Shown: positions 14,732 through 28,122 of the stretch, in pieces
How the letters are laid out: each line of letters starts with the position of its first letter
Numbering within the stretch: the first letter of the stretch is position 1
Assembly (NCBI RefSeq): GCF_006345805.1
Contig: NC_043000.1
Coordinates: 95,542,001-95,606,000 of the forward strand
Direction of reading: 5' to 3'
Length of the DNA stretch: 64,000 nt
Source: Octopus sinensis
Taxonomy: Eukaryota
Program-made: the position numbers and the translations under genes
The notes under the pieces: generated by a model
Told to the model about the DNA's origin: nothing
Databases searched by the model: none
What the model saw: only the letters and a program-made list of their open reading frames with translations

Positions 14732-14948
14732 CCCTTTTGATTCCAACCCAACTGAGAGTGTTCTTGGTTCTGTAACACTATCCTTCTGTTTAAAAGTGAC
14801 CTGAATTAAAACCTGTTAAAATTTCATGCTGATTTGTTCCAAACACTTGCTTAATAATGACAAAGTTATTTTACTGAATTCTTCATTGCTTCTAAAATTA
14901 ACTGAAACAAGGTCAGTCTATTTCAAGAGAAATATAATAGCAAAAGCG
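14732..14948. mobile_element. piggyBac-type MITE (ccaacccacctgagacc family)
   Basis: TTAA|CCCTTTTG...CAAAAGCG|TTAA. Relatives near 2590-2810, 8490-8870, 54500-54700, 55360-55570 and 56420-56630. Confidence 0.7.
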
Positions 14949-15699
14949 TTAACAATAATATTGCAAATGACCAAAAATGACCAAAATTATTTTACCATGA
15001 TTCAAATTATAAAAGGATACTATCATTCATATAATTACACAGATAACAATTCAGCAAAAATTATTTTGCAAAACACTTCCAGCAAATTCTTCCTCCTTAA
15101 AGATAACACTGAACCACTGAATGACTATATAAAAAAAAAATTCCAGGTTTTGTTATTCTGCAATTTTTGTTCTGGGCAGTATTTAATCCTTTAGCATTTA
15201 AACCAGATATATCTGGCTCAAATATTCTACCTGTTTTATGTTAAAACTGAACCCAACTGACCTCTTTCACCTACCTGACAATGCTGTTCTAAAAATAAGC
15301 AAAAGCCTCATCCAAATCTCAAAGCTACAAGATAGTGCACGATTAATTCAAAACCAATATCAATAAATAATCATTAGATTTGACAGAGCAACGTAAAAGC
15401 TAAAGGCAATGTCTAGAAATAACCCACCTAATGAGATCTAAAGTAGATCATTATCAAAATACTTTCTATCTGCCTGAGGGTGTCCATTTTACAGAGGATT
15501 TTCTTGTAATGTAATAGGCTGCAAATAAGAGAATGAGCATTATAAGTTCCAAACAGTTATGAATGTATGTAAATCCCATTTATTGCTCTATTTTCCCAGT
15601 GGGGCTCCCTTTTAGGATTTATTTTCTGTTGGAGTAAATCACTTTTGGGGAGCAGAAGTTATTTTATAAACACCTATCAATCTTACACACACAAACATT

Positions 15700-15732
15700 T
15701 ATATATCATCATCATCATCATTATATATATAT

Positions 15733-15778
<46 letters not shown>

Positions 15779-16220
15779 TACAAAAAAGATACACATACAT
15801 TACTTACACAAATTTATGTATAACAAATATACACCCATATTATATAGATATCTATATATATATACATACATACAATCATATACCTATATATATATACACG
15901 CACACTTATATACACACACATACCTCCATATATATATACAAATACACCTATACATACACACAATGTGTGTATACACATACATATATACATACATGCACAA
16001 TGTACATATACAGTATGTATATTGTGAGCATATGTATACACACATATACAGTATTTGTATGCATACAATTTATATATTTTTTTATATAAACATGCATACA
16101 CACACACACACACAAAATCTGTAAACATATATGTGTGCTTTATATACATACATACACACAACACACGCACATATAGTATCTGCATGCATACAATATTATA
16201 TATATATATATAAATAATGT
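15700..16220. repeat. Compound (TA)n/(CA)n microsatellite
   Basis: Directly visible low-complexity tract. Confidence 0.95.
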
Positions 16221-17484
16221 ATAACAGAGTTTGTTTGTCCTATCATGTTATCATGTCCTAATCAGATCAAAGTTTCATCATTGAAGAAACATTTGAAAGA
16301 GAAACAGCAGATCAGCACCAAATATAAATAGTTTTTGTTATTTGAAAATGAAAAACATTTTGTTAATGTGTCATTTTTTGTTTCGTTTTGCTTTTTTTTT
16401 TAAATATTTTTTTTTTACTTTTTGCTTCTCCATTCATTCTCTTTTCTTCTGCTCCATATAATCACTCTCACACATTCACTCACTTACTCTTTCTCTCACT
16501 CCCTCTCTCTCTCTCTCTTTCTCTCACTTTCTCATCTGCTCTCTGTAAGTTATATCAGAAGTGTTACAACTGTATATTAAATGAAAAAAAAAAGGAGAAA
16601 AAAAATTTTTTAGAACAAGGTCTTTTGAAAGATTATTTGCCGAGAATCCATACAGAGGAGGTCAAAATCCAAATTCTTTACAAATGAAAAACTGATGGTA
16701 ACTTTCAGAATTGAAATCATGAAAGAATATAGTATAAAGAGACACATGATTTTTTCTTTTTTTTTTTTGCTTGTTTTTATATATTTAGTGAGTTGTCTCA
16801 TTTAAGCCCAAGACATTCAAATTTTTTTCCCATTTTTTAGGGGAAGGGGTGATCTGTTTGATTTTTTTTTCTTATTTTATTTTTGTAATAATTTTCAGCT
16901 AAAATAAATATAGAGAGAATAACAAGTTGTATTTTTTTTTCATGACAAAAGAAATACTTTTGGTTTTGTATTAAGAGTTTGTGACAGTTTTATTATTTTT
17001 TTTATATGCTTTTGTCTTATTTTCTGGTTTGGTTTGTTTACAATCTTTTAAATTTTGTTTTTTTTTTAAATTTTTATACAGTTTCCATATTGGTCTGTTA
17101 TTTTATCTAACAAGTGACCACTGTCCCAAGAGGGTTTTGTGTGTATGTATGTGTGTGGTCAGCTGTCAAATTAATGCCCATATGTCAATCCCATTAGTCA
17201 CTGAGTTTAGTTTTTAGTGTTAGCGTATTATCAAGGGTTAGTATTTGTTTTCTTTTTCATAGGGGTGGAAGGGCAGAGATGAAATGAAAGTGCAATGAAA
17301 AAAAAAAAATAAATAAAGAAGAGTTTAAAGGACATTACATAAGACAGTGATTTAGTAGGGGTATTTGTTTTTGAAATTTTATCTTTCTGGCTCTGTTATA
17401 TTTTTGTCTTTTTATTTGTTTTTTACATTTTTTTTTTTAACCTTACAACACATACATTGCAACACACAACCTATAGAAACACCC

Positions 17485-18185
17485 TTATGTTTTATCAATG
17501 TCTTCAGTGGTGGATTCTACTTCTGCTAATAATGATTTGGCAGTTGGTTCCGTTTGAATAGGACTGTTAGAACATGTGTCCATTCGTATATGATGCATTT
17601 TGTCATCAGTCAAAGAGATCTCGTTATGCTGTGTGTTTTCCGTGCATTCTCGACTAATGTAAGAAGGTACAGCAGACAACCTGTCTTCTATTGACTCACC
17701 ATCAACAGCGTAACCGTTCTGTTTATTACTGTCACTAAGTCGGAGAAAGTTTTCTTTGCACACATCTTTCATGTCCTCTTGCTCGTTTTCAAGATGTTCT
17801 TTGTTCTGACAGACATCTAATTGTTTGTTGAATGAACTAAGGGAGGAAATCGTAGTTGCAACACCTTCCATATTTTCTAAATGAGGGGGTACATTTAAAT
17901 CAGCATCAAGTGCACAACTGTCAATATGCTCACTGGGATGATGATTTTCAGTAGACATATCAACATTAGAGGGAACACTATTCAAAGCAGAAGCATCAGA
18001 GCTTTCAAAACCATTTTTCATGGGGCCACCATCATTGCCATTGTCTTCGTCAGAGAAATTATCCCAACTGCAACTGCTTACAGACTGATGACTGTCAGAT
18101 TCAAAGATCATTTCTTCATCTTCAGAATAGATTTCTGCACCAGGGTAGACATACTGACTAGGTGCTAGAAATAGCACTTGGTTCT
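17485..18185 (-). CDS. SIRT1: SIRT1 last coding exon, 701 nt: ENQVLFLAPSQYVYPGAEIYSEDEE... to TAA
   Basis: ttccttccag acceptor. Start matches the human C-terminal regulatory segment GNQYLFLPPNRYIFHGAEVYSDSED. Acidic tail; stop at 17485-17487. Confidence 0.95.
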
Positions 18186-18323
18186 CTGGAAGGAAAATAC
18201 ATCATATATAAAATATATTAACATACATAAATAGATAGATACAAATTTACATGTGTACATGAAGATATACAAATACAATCAGCCATATATATATATATAT
18301 ATACATATATAAATATATATATA

Positions 18324-18675
18324 TCTATTATATAAAATCCGTTCTGTCTGCCTGTGTGTGTGTCTTCTAGGATCTCGGGCATCCTCCTTCCAATTGTGTT
18401 CAAATTTGATATGTAGATACCGACGGTATCAGGGTGTGTATAAGTCTTGAAAAAATTTACAAAAATCGATTCCAGGTGAGAATGCGATCTATAAAGCATA
18501 TTTGTGTAAATAAAATTGTTTTTCTTCTTTTGCTGGTATCTCAAATTTAGGTTAAATAAGTGTTTCTCAAAGGAGAGGCCTATGGGACGGTCGGACAAGT
18601 TGTTTTAAGAAAATTTGGTTTAAATGTTTCACAATTCAGCACCGTCCATTGCACGGGGGGGGGGCGTTGTGCTTG
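18324..18675 (+). mobile_element. Non-autonomous Helitron
   Basis: TCTATTATATAAAAT start, CCGT-CCATTGC-ACGG hairpin, CTTG|T end. Confidence 0.75.
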
Positions 18676-18687
18676 TAATTATATATA

Positions 18688-19369
18688 TCATCATCGTTTA
18701 ACGTCCGTTTTCCGCGCTAGCACGGGTTGGACGGTTCGACCGGGGTCTGGGAAGCCAGGGGCTGCACCAGGCTCCAGTCTGATCTGGCAGTGTTTCTACA
18801 GCTGGATGTTCTTCCTAACGCCAGCCACTCCGCGAGTGTAGTGGGTGCTTTTTACGTGCCACCGGCACAGGTTCCAGGGGAGTCTGGCATCGGCCATGAT
18901 CGGTTGGTGCTTTTAACGTGCCACCGGCACGGAAGCCAGTCAAGGCAGCGCTAGCATCAGCCACGTTCGGATGGTGCTTTTTATGTGCCTCCGGCACAGA
19001 AGCCAGTCGAGGCAGCGCTGGCATCGGCCACGTTCGGATGGTGCTTTTTATGTGCCATCCGGCACAGGTATCACAACTACTATCTCCATTGATATTTCTT
19101 TCGATGTTCATGTACTTGACTCAATAGGTCTCCTCAAGCACAGCGGGATGTTCTGGAATCCAAGGTACTTTGAATGGGCAGGGGCTATGCGGACTGGTAC
19201 AGGAAGCAGCCCGGGTCTTTGCAGTCACAGCATATCTCCAGAGATCTTGGTCCTTTGCCATTGCCTCTGTGAGGCTCAACGCTCTGAGGTCATGCTTGAC
19301 TACCTCATCCCATGTCTTCCTGGGTCTACCTCTCCCCCTGATACCTTCAACTGTTTGGGAGCGGCAGAG
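18688..19369 (-). mobile_element. RTE LINE 3' fragment: ORF2 end + 3'UTR with VNTR + (ATG)n tail
   Basis: Peptide VEGIRGRGRPRKTWDEVVKHDLRALSL...DLWRYAV is continuous with the abundant GGAAGGGCATCCAGCTGTAGAAA repeat and its tail. Confidence 0.88.
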
Positions 19370-21048
19370 AGAGATGTAAACACACACATACACACTGTAT
19401 ATGTATATATCATTTAATGTTTACTTTTCTATGCTTGCATGAGTGAGAGGGAATTTGTTGAAGCAGGTTTTCTATGGCTGGGTGCTTTTCCTGTTGCCAA
19501 CCTTAACCTGTTTCCATGCAAAATAATGTTTCCCATGGTCAGATATGTTTCTCATGGAAGACAAGAAACAAAGAACATTGCCTGTATAATTGTGATGCTC
19601 TCTTACAACCATCACCAGATTACAAGACAAGAGTATATATGTACACACATACATATATAGACATATATACAGATACACACATACATTATCATTAATTTTT
19701 TTAATGACCATTTTCCATGCTGACATGGATTAGATGGTTTGACAGGAGCCAGTGAACCAGAGGACAACACCAGCTTCAATATCTGCTTTGACACAGTTTC
19801 TATAGCTGGATGCTCTTCCTAACACCAACCACTTCACAGAGTGTACTGGGTGCCTTGTGCACAGAACACCTAACTTTTTCCAGTTTCTGACAATCAAATC
19901 CCCCAAGCCAATGCCACATTCAAAGCATCTGTGCCAACTCCACATACAAAGTGCCCAAGCCAGTGTCACATACAAAGCACCCATCCCAGTGCCATGTACA
20001 AAGCACACATGTTGATGTCACACATTAAGCACCAAACCAGTGCCATGTACCAAATACACTCAGAGCACTCATACCAGCTCCACGTACAAAGCACCCATGC
20101 CAGTGCCACATAAAATGCGCCCAGCACTCTGAAAAGCAGTTAGCCTTAGAAAGGGCATCCAGCCATAGAAAGCATGCCAGAACAGACAAATGGAGACTGG
20201 GCAGCTTTCCAGTTAGTCAACTCCTGTCAAACCATCCAACCCATACCAGCATGGAAAACAGACATTAAAAAAAATTATGATGAGCAATCCACTCAGATGG
20301 GCTTCACCAGCCCAAAGCTGTAGAAGAAGACATGCCTGCCTGCCTCTCTCTTTCTCCTTCATATCCTAAGCATCAAACTAATACATCTGATAGTTGATCC
20401 CGTCTTCGTCATTTTTCTGTAAATTTGAACTATATATCATCATCTTCATCATCATTTAACGTCCATTTTCCATGGGTTGGAAAGTTTGACAGGAGCTGGT
20501 CAGTCGAAGGCTGTTCAGGCTCCATGTGTGTTTTGGTATGGTTTCTACAACTTGGAAAGAAGTTGTAACATCACCTGGGATTCAAACATAGTATCTGTTG
20601 TAAACCATATAATTATACCAACCACCACACCAAAGCAATGTCACAACCCCTGACCACTTAAATGAGCACTTAATTTAGGTAACTACATTGATATACTAGT
20701 GACCTGTCAACAGGGATCAACACCCACACAGAAGTCAAGGTATAATATTATATATTTAATAATATAGACTAAGAAAACAGAGAAAAATCATACCATTACT
20801 TGCAAGATTCAAAATCCAAACAAGCTAAAAACCATATAGCAGTGCAAATATACACACACAAACATATACAATGAGATTTCTTACAGTTTCTGTCAACCAA
20901 TTTCACTCAGAAGGCAATGGCTAGTCTGGAGTTAGAGTATAAGATACTTGCACAAGGATACCAAACAGTGGGACTGGACCTTGAAACCATGAGGTTTCTT
21001 AACTACACAGCACCTATAATATTCTGTCTTAACACTCAAGCTACAAAC

Positions 21049-21189
21049 CTTTTAACTGCTTTCCTAAGCTCTGCTTCAGTATTTTCTCAGGCTTCTTGTT
21101 AAAAAAGCTTCTGATGTCAGCATTTTCACCGTTCTCTTCATTCTTGCTTTGTTCATCATTATTTTCTTCACAACTGTTCTTTGCTGGAG
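21049..21189 (-). CDS. SIRT1: SIRT1 exon, 141 nt: PAKNSCEENNDEQSKNEENGENADIRSFFNKKPEKILKQSLGKQLK
   Basis: ttgttccag acceptor and GTTTGT donor, phase 1-1, open frame. Its end aligns with human ...KEQISRRLD. Confidence 0.85.
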
Positions 21190-23319
21190 CTGGAACAAGA
21201 CAGAGGAATTAAATTAAAATATAGGTAAAACAACATTTAAGCATTTACATATTTATTTTGCTTTACTCAAGATATCCATGTGTATTTTTGTAATTTCCTA
21301 GATTGCTTTGGTTTCATTATCAATCCCACAAAAACATATATCTAAAACCAAAGCAAAGTGAAATCATAGTTGTGGCCAATGCTGGTATCACATAACTAGC
21401 ACCCGTGCCAGTGGTATATAAAAGCACCAGTGCCGGTGGCACATAAAAAGCATTTGTTACATTATTGCAGTGGTTGGTGTTAGGAAGGGCATCCAGCCAT
21501 AGAAACTATGCCAAATCAGACTGGAATTTGATACAGCTCTCCAGTTTACCAGTTCCAGTCAAACTATTTAACCCATGCCAGCATGGAAAGCAGATGCTAA
21601 ATAATGATAATGAAGATGATGATGGCTGAGCTACTTCTTTTAAAATAAGAAATTTTTTATTTTCAGCAGTGGTACCTCAGTGAGTTAACTAAATGTTTTT
21701 AACAATGGTACTGAGAAATAAAAATACTGTTGTCATAGTCACATATGTATATTTGTGGTTAAAAATCAAACCATAAACCTCTAACATCTTTCTAAAATTT
21801 TTCTAGAATGAATGAATAACTCAGATTCAGCATGAAAAAGTACACCAGTATACCAAATTTGAAAATTTTTACTTAATTTTAAAATTTGTCTACCTCTTTC
21901 ATTTTTTCTTGGTAAACTTTTTCGCTCTCTATAAATGTATATTGCTCATGCTGAGTATGTGTTTGTCAGTGTGTATGTAAGCATGTGTGTAAGGAATTTC
22001 ATTAGGGCAACAGAGTGATTAAAAAAAAGGTACGTAAAAGAATTTATTTTATTAGCATACTTTTCTGTTAGTAAATGTTTTTTCTCACACACACACAAAT
22101 TCACTTGATGCAGGTGGGGGTTAAATATTTAAATATTTTTTTGTTGCTGTTTTCACTCTCTATAAAGGTATATTGCTCATGCTGAGTGTATGTGTATGCA
22201 TGTGATTAAAGAGATTTGTAAAAGATCATTTATTCTAATAGCATACTTTTCTGCTAGCAAATATGTTTTTTTTTTTAAATCACACATGTGTATGTGTGCA
22301 TGGACTTACTTGATGTGGGGTGAGGTTAAAGATTTAAATAAAAAAATTTGTTGTTGTTGCTTTTTCTAACTCTAACAACTTGGTTCAAGTAACTATGTCT
22401 GCACATTCACAACCTGTTTCATCCAGTAGACTAATGAAAACCGATACGGAAATATCAAAAAATTTCTGTGTTATATATACTGGATCATTTATTGCAATAA
22501 ATCATCATCATTATTATCATTTTTAATATCCACTTTTCCATACTTATATGTGTTGGACAGTATTTGTTGAAACAGATTTTCTATGGCTGGATGTCCTTCC
22601 TGTCACCAACCCTCATTTATTTCCTGGTAAGGTAATAATTCTTCATGACCAGACATGTTTTCATGGCAGATTGATAATGGATACAGCTTGCATGATGGTA
22701 ACTTTCATTTACATTTATCAAGTGATGTCAAGACAAGGATACAGTAACACACATATACATATACATGACAGGCTTGTTTCAGTTTCTATCAACAACATCC
22801 ACTCAGAAGGCTTTGGTCAACCAAGAACTATAGCAGAAGACACCCAAAGCGTCACGCAGTGGGGCTGAACCCAAAGCCACATGGCAAGGGAGCAAACTTT
22901 TTACCACAGTTAAGCTTGCACTTATATAGTTGAAAAATACATATTTTACTTATCTACCAGAAAGATATCTCTGGGGAGAAAATAAAAAGGTTAGTGTTTC
23001 TTATACCAGTGTGTTATTGTTTAGACCAAGGTCAATACTGATCAAGGAAACCTATGATAAAGGTATTCCTGCTGTAACCTTCTTGTCTTTGTTTAAAACA
23101 GTGAATCTTGGATTACATTAACCAATGTGTAGTTCCTTTATCAAAGGTATACTAGATGTTTTTTTGATTTTTGTCTTTTTGGTATGTTAAGGACTATATT
23201 GTCCAATCTATCTGTAAGCTATGACATTAGGGAGTATCTGAGTCAGATTTGGTTTCTATTTCTAACAGGCATATGGAGGCTGTTTTGTGGGTCTGTTATC
23301 ATCATCATCATTGTTTAAC

Positions 23320-23990
23320 GTACGCTTTCCATGCTAGCATGGGTTGGACAATTTGACTGAGATCTGGCAAACCAGATGGCTGCACCAAGCTCCAATCTGA
23401 TCTGGCAGGGTTTCTACAGCTGGATGCCCTTCCTAAAGCCAACCACTCTGAGAGTGTAGTGGGTGCTTTTACGTGCCACCAGCACGAGGACCAGTCAGGC
23501 AGTAATGGCAATGGCCACGCTCAAATGGTGTTTTTTACGTGCCACCTGCACAGGAGCCAGCACAGCGGGACTGGCAACGACCTAAGGAAATACATACACA
23601 GTATTTTTTGTCACTGAGAAGACCAGATGAAGTTGAAACACTGTGTCACAATCTGTCAATGACATTCCAAGTGAGTACAGTGCATTTTAACATGCAATTT
23701 TCTTTGAGAAGTTTCTCTGAGATAAAATATAACAGCAAGTGCTCTTTCACAATTATATCATCATCATTTAAAGTCCATTTTCCATGCTAGCATGGGTTGG
23801 ATGGTTCAACTGGGGTCTGGGAAGCCAGAAGGCTGCACCAGGTCCAGTCTGATCTGGCAGTGTGTCTACAGCTGGATGCCCTTCCTAACGCCAACCACTC
23901 CATGAGTGTAGTGGGTGCTTTTTACGTGCCACCTGCACAGGTGCCAGACGAGGCTAGCAAACGGCCATGATTGGATGGTGCTTTTAACGT
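23320..23990 (-). mobile_element. Two RTE 3'UTR fragments
   Basis: Tail plus core repeat at ~23320-23585 and ~23757-23990. Confidence 0.85.
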
Positions 23991-24896
23991 TGTACATGCC
24001 AGTATTTTAATCTAATGCTGTTTCAAAAGTAGAAGTTCATTTAATTCTAGCCTAGCCAGCTTTTGCACAAATCAGTGAATATTTTGCTTAGTGATTTCAT
24101 TAGCAAAACCTTTTCCAGCTTAGCTCAGAATATCCAGAGATGTTCATCACTGGAGACCAAATGAGGTTAAAACACTGGGTCAAATGATATGCCAATATCA
24201 CTCTGAGTAAGTTCTGTTTTTTTTTAACATACAAGTTTCTTTGAGATGCTTCTCCAAGACAAAATATTACAACCAGTCCCATAACAAATTTGTATACACA
24301 ACATAGATGTTATCCACACATTGTTATTTTAATCTAATATTGTTTCAAGTCCATATCATCATCATTTTAACATCTTAGCCATGCACACATGGGTCAGACA
24401 AAATTTGTTGAGGCAGATTTCCTGTGGCCAGATTCCCTTCTTGTCACCAACCCTCACCCATTTCCAAGTAAGATAATAATTTCTCCATGGCCAGACATAT
24501 TTTCATGGAAGATTGTAAAAGAAAAACACTGCTTGCATGATGCTGACACTTGTTTTACAACTATCATACGAATTCAATGAGACAGTTACACACACACGAC
24601 AGGCTTCTTTCAGTTTCTGTCAATCAAATCCACTCACAAGGCTTTGGTCAACCTGGAACCATAGCAGAAGACACTTGTCCAAGGTGTCACACAGAGAGAC
24701 TAAACCTGAAACCATGTGGCTGGAAGGTAAGCTTCTTACCATACAGCCACACCTGTGCCTATGCATATAATTTTGTTAATTTATGTTTATAAGCTTTCTT
24801 GAGCAATTCAAAAATAAACTTGAGAATTAAGATTATGGATATAAAAATTAATAGCAAATTTTTAAATCGAAGAAAGTTGCCTCTGACACTACTTAC

Positions 24897-25307
24897 ACAA
24901 TGAATGTGAAATGAGGTGTGTGTTATTACTTGCAGACAAACTGTCCTGTCCGTTTGTGTTTTCAGGAGGAACAATTGAATGTGTGTCATGTAAACAGTCT
25001 TTTGTAATATCTGATGAGGGGGCATGAACATCATTTGGTTTTAAAGGAGATGAGAATAGCGAGTTCTGTAAACCTTTCCCCGTTTCTTTCAGTTCTGGTT
25101 TTAGAGAAGGAGTTTCAAGTTGGTCCTTCCTTATTTGTGTAAAAGAAGGCCCGGAATCACAGAAGGCTTCTTTCCAGCCCTCGCCAAGGCGTTTACAAAG
25201 ATCGTTCACAATTATGTCTCCATCCCCTAACAATTCCACATCAAAGGTCATGTGCTTCAAAGGTTCTCTATTGATGAGGATCTGGGGTACATGTGCAGGA
25301 ATGTAAT
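24897..25307 (-). CDS. SIRT1: SIRT1 exon, 411 nt: YIPAHVPQILINREPL...FDVELLGDGD...
   Basis: tttccag acceptor and GTAAGT donor, phase 1-1. INRE motif, end of the catalytic domain, then a disordered linker. Confidence 0.95.
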
Positions 25308-25672
25308 CTGGAAAAACAAATTGCAGTGAATCAGCAATAAAAAAAAAACAGAAACTGATTGATAACAGAAATAGATACACAATCATTGTCTTTTGTTTTA
25401 TTTTGTTTTGTTTTTTTTAACAAACAATAAACAATTTGCAGTAAAGATAACAGTGAAAAAAATATTAATTAAAATTTTTTAAATTAACAATTACAAAAAA
25501 ACATATCTAAAACACATATCTTGGTGCAGGCTGTGTGGGTAATAAGTTTGCTTCTCAATCACATGGTTTTGAACTCAGTTCCACTAAATGGCACCTTGAG
25601 CACATTTTACAGCCCTGAGCCAACTAAAGTGATGTGAATAGATCTGGCAGATGTAAACTGAAAGAAGCCCAT

Positions 25673-25709
<37 letters not shown>

Positions 25710-26633
25710 ATGCGCACAGTTGCATGCACGATAGTTGTAAATGAGTATCACCACCATACAAACAGTGTCCTTTGTTTCTTGAAAACAGGTGAGAGATGGT
25801 GACAAGAAAAGCATCCAGCTGTAGAAAATCTGCTTCAACAAATCCTATCTGAGCAATGCCAGCATGGGTCAGATATGAGTGGGTGTTAAAATAATGATGG
25901 TGATGAATTTAATTGGTTATTTCACAAACATATTAATTACATCATGAATTTAGAAAAACAAGATCTGTATGTTTAATGTCTGTATTTCCATGCTACTATG
26001 ATTTGGATGGGGACTTATTTGAGGTAGTATTTTACAGCTGTATACTTTTTCTTGATGCCAGCCCTTACTTGTACTTTAAGTCAGAGATTTTTTTTTATAT
26101 TCTACTAGACTTTGAAACCACAGAAAAAATGGGGCATACTGCCATTATTTTGTATTGGCTAAATCAATGGTTAAAGTTAGAACTAGGCTTACCAGCACGG
26201 ACTACAGAATTCAGAAAACTGTCCGACATAGGAGGACAATCTCTAGAACTGGTAGGTTGGTGATGAACTGCAACATTATAAACATAAGTCATCATCATCA
26301 TTTAACATCCACTGTCCATGCTGGCATGGGTCGGATGGTTTAATTAGTGCTGGTAAGCTGAAGGGCTGCACTAGATTCCAGTCTGATTTGGTATGATTTC
26401 TATGGCTGGTTACCCTTCCTAATGCCAACCACTCCAAGAGTGTAATGGGTGCTAGGTTTTGGTCATTTGTCATTGCCTCAGTGGAAATATAAAAGATCAT
26501 ATGTATATTGGTGTCCCATGTAATCAAGTAGACACTAGGACTAACATTTCAAGTGGGTCCTTTACTTGCAAAAGTAATGTGAAAACACAAGTATCTGGAA
26601 TTACTGAGTTATAGGTTTAATGTAAATACTCAC

Positions 26634-26820
26634 TTGGAATTAGAGCAACTGGTCGAACTTTCATCGAAGAACCAATTACAATTAATAAATCACATTGCTC
26701 TTTGTCCTCTGCCATCTGATGGTGAAAATGTTCAGGGAGGTTTTCTCCAAAGAAAACAATATCAGGTTTCATTATAGCAGATGTACATTCTGGGCGACAT
26801 ACCTGACATCGAGGAATTAC
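26634..26820 (-). CDS. SIRT1: SIRT1 exon, 187 nt: VIPRCQVC...KPDIVFFGE...GSSMKVRPVALIP
   Basis: caacag acceptor and GTGAGT donor. Second CxxC, FFGE and GSS motifs. Confidence 0.98.
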
Positions 26821-27296
26821 CTGTTGGTAGCAAAGCAAAAAAAAAACATTCAGAACTCCTTCAGAGATAGACACAAAACTATGACAAAATCTTTTACACT
26901 GTAGAGAAGTGAAAAACAGAAAATTGGAAATCTATGAAGTAAAATAAGTGGTGAGCTTGAGAAAAAAAACAAAAATATTTTGAATCAAAACGATGTGAAA
27001 CATCATCATTTTAATATCCAACTTTTCCATTCATGAATGGAGTTCAAGGTAGATTTTTCTATGGTCGGATACCTTTCCTATTGCCAGCCCTTACTTCTTT
27101 CAAGCAAAGTAATATTTCCCCATGGTCAGACATGTTTTCTCAGAATGTTGAAAATGAATGACATTCATTTACAACAATAACACAATGTCAAGACAAGGTG
27201 ACACACACACACACACGCACACACACACACACATACACGTGCGCGCAACAGGCTTCTTTCAGTTTCTGTCAACCAAACTTGTTCTACAAAATCCAT

Positions 27297-27674
27297 TCAT
27301 CATCATCATCATTTAACGTCCGCTTTCCATGCTAGCATGGATTGGATGATTTGACTGAGATCTGGCAAACCAGATGGCTGCACCAGACTCCAATCTGATC
27401 TGGTAGAGTTTCTACAGCTGGATGCCCTTCCTCACGCCAACCATTCTGAGAGTGTAGTGGGTGCTTTTACGTGCCGCCGGCACAAGGGCCAGTCAGGTGG
27501 TACTGGCAGCAGCCACGCTCAAATGGTGCTTTTTATGTGCCACCTGCACAGGAGCCAGTCCAGCGGCACTGGCAACGACCTTGCTTGAATATTTTTTCAT
27601 GTGCCACCAGCACAAGTGCCGGAAGGCGACGCAGGTATCGATCACGCTCAAATGGTGCTTTTTATGTGCCATCC
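27297..27674 (-). mobile_element. RTE 3'UTR fragment inserted into a SINE
   Basis: (CAT)n tail on the plus strand. TSD TTCTAC(A/C)AAATCCATTCA at 27282-27299 and 27675-27692. Confidence 0.85.
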
Positions 27675-28042
27675 TTCTACCAAATCCATTCACAGAGTTT
27701 TGGTTGACTTGGAGATATAAGCTGAAGATACTTGCCCACAGTGGGACTGAACCCATTACAATGTGGTTGGGAAGCAAACTTCTTGAACAGAGCCTTGCCT
27801 AAGATAAATCTTTAATTAGTTATAAATTCAACAAGGAACACCAATTCCATATTAACAGCCTCATCAACATCTTTTCTTTGTCTTTTTTTTTTCAATGTCA
27901 TTTAGTTTTTATCTTGATAAAAAATAAACTGGTGAAGTGAGCATGAGTAGAATGGATTAGAAACTCAAATGGTATCTAGAACTGAACTAATTTCTTGACT
28001 CAGTATATCATGTGACACCAGTAAAGGCACAAAATGACTGAC

Positions 28043-28122
28043 CTGGTTGAATATATCTTCTCTGATTGATGCTGCACTAACTTTACTGGAGCAGTTCATG
28101 CAAGTGGCAGTTGCAAAAGAAC
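28043..28122 (-). CDS. SIRT1: SIRT1 exon, 80 nt: SFATATCMNC...EDIFNQ
   Basis: acacag acceptor and GTCAGT donor. First CxxC of the zinc module. Confidence 0.97.

Noticed and set aside
17926-18168. Plus-strand ORFs overlapping SIRT1 exons or the RTE ORF (also 26695-26904, 30709-30900, 49499-50245)
   Set aside because: Antisense shadows of real coding sequence with no independent support.
25215-25240. Gly in place of human SIRT1 Cys482 (LLGDGD vs LLGDCD)
   Set aside because: It cannot be restored by A-to-I editing, and as I recall the position varies among invertebrate orthologs, so it is not notable on its own.
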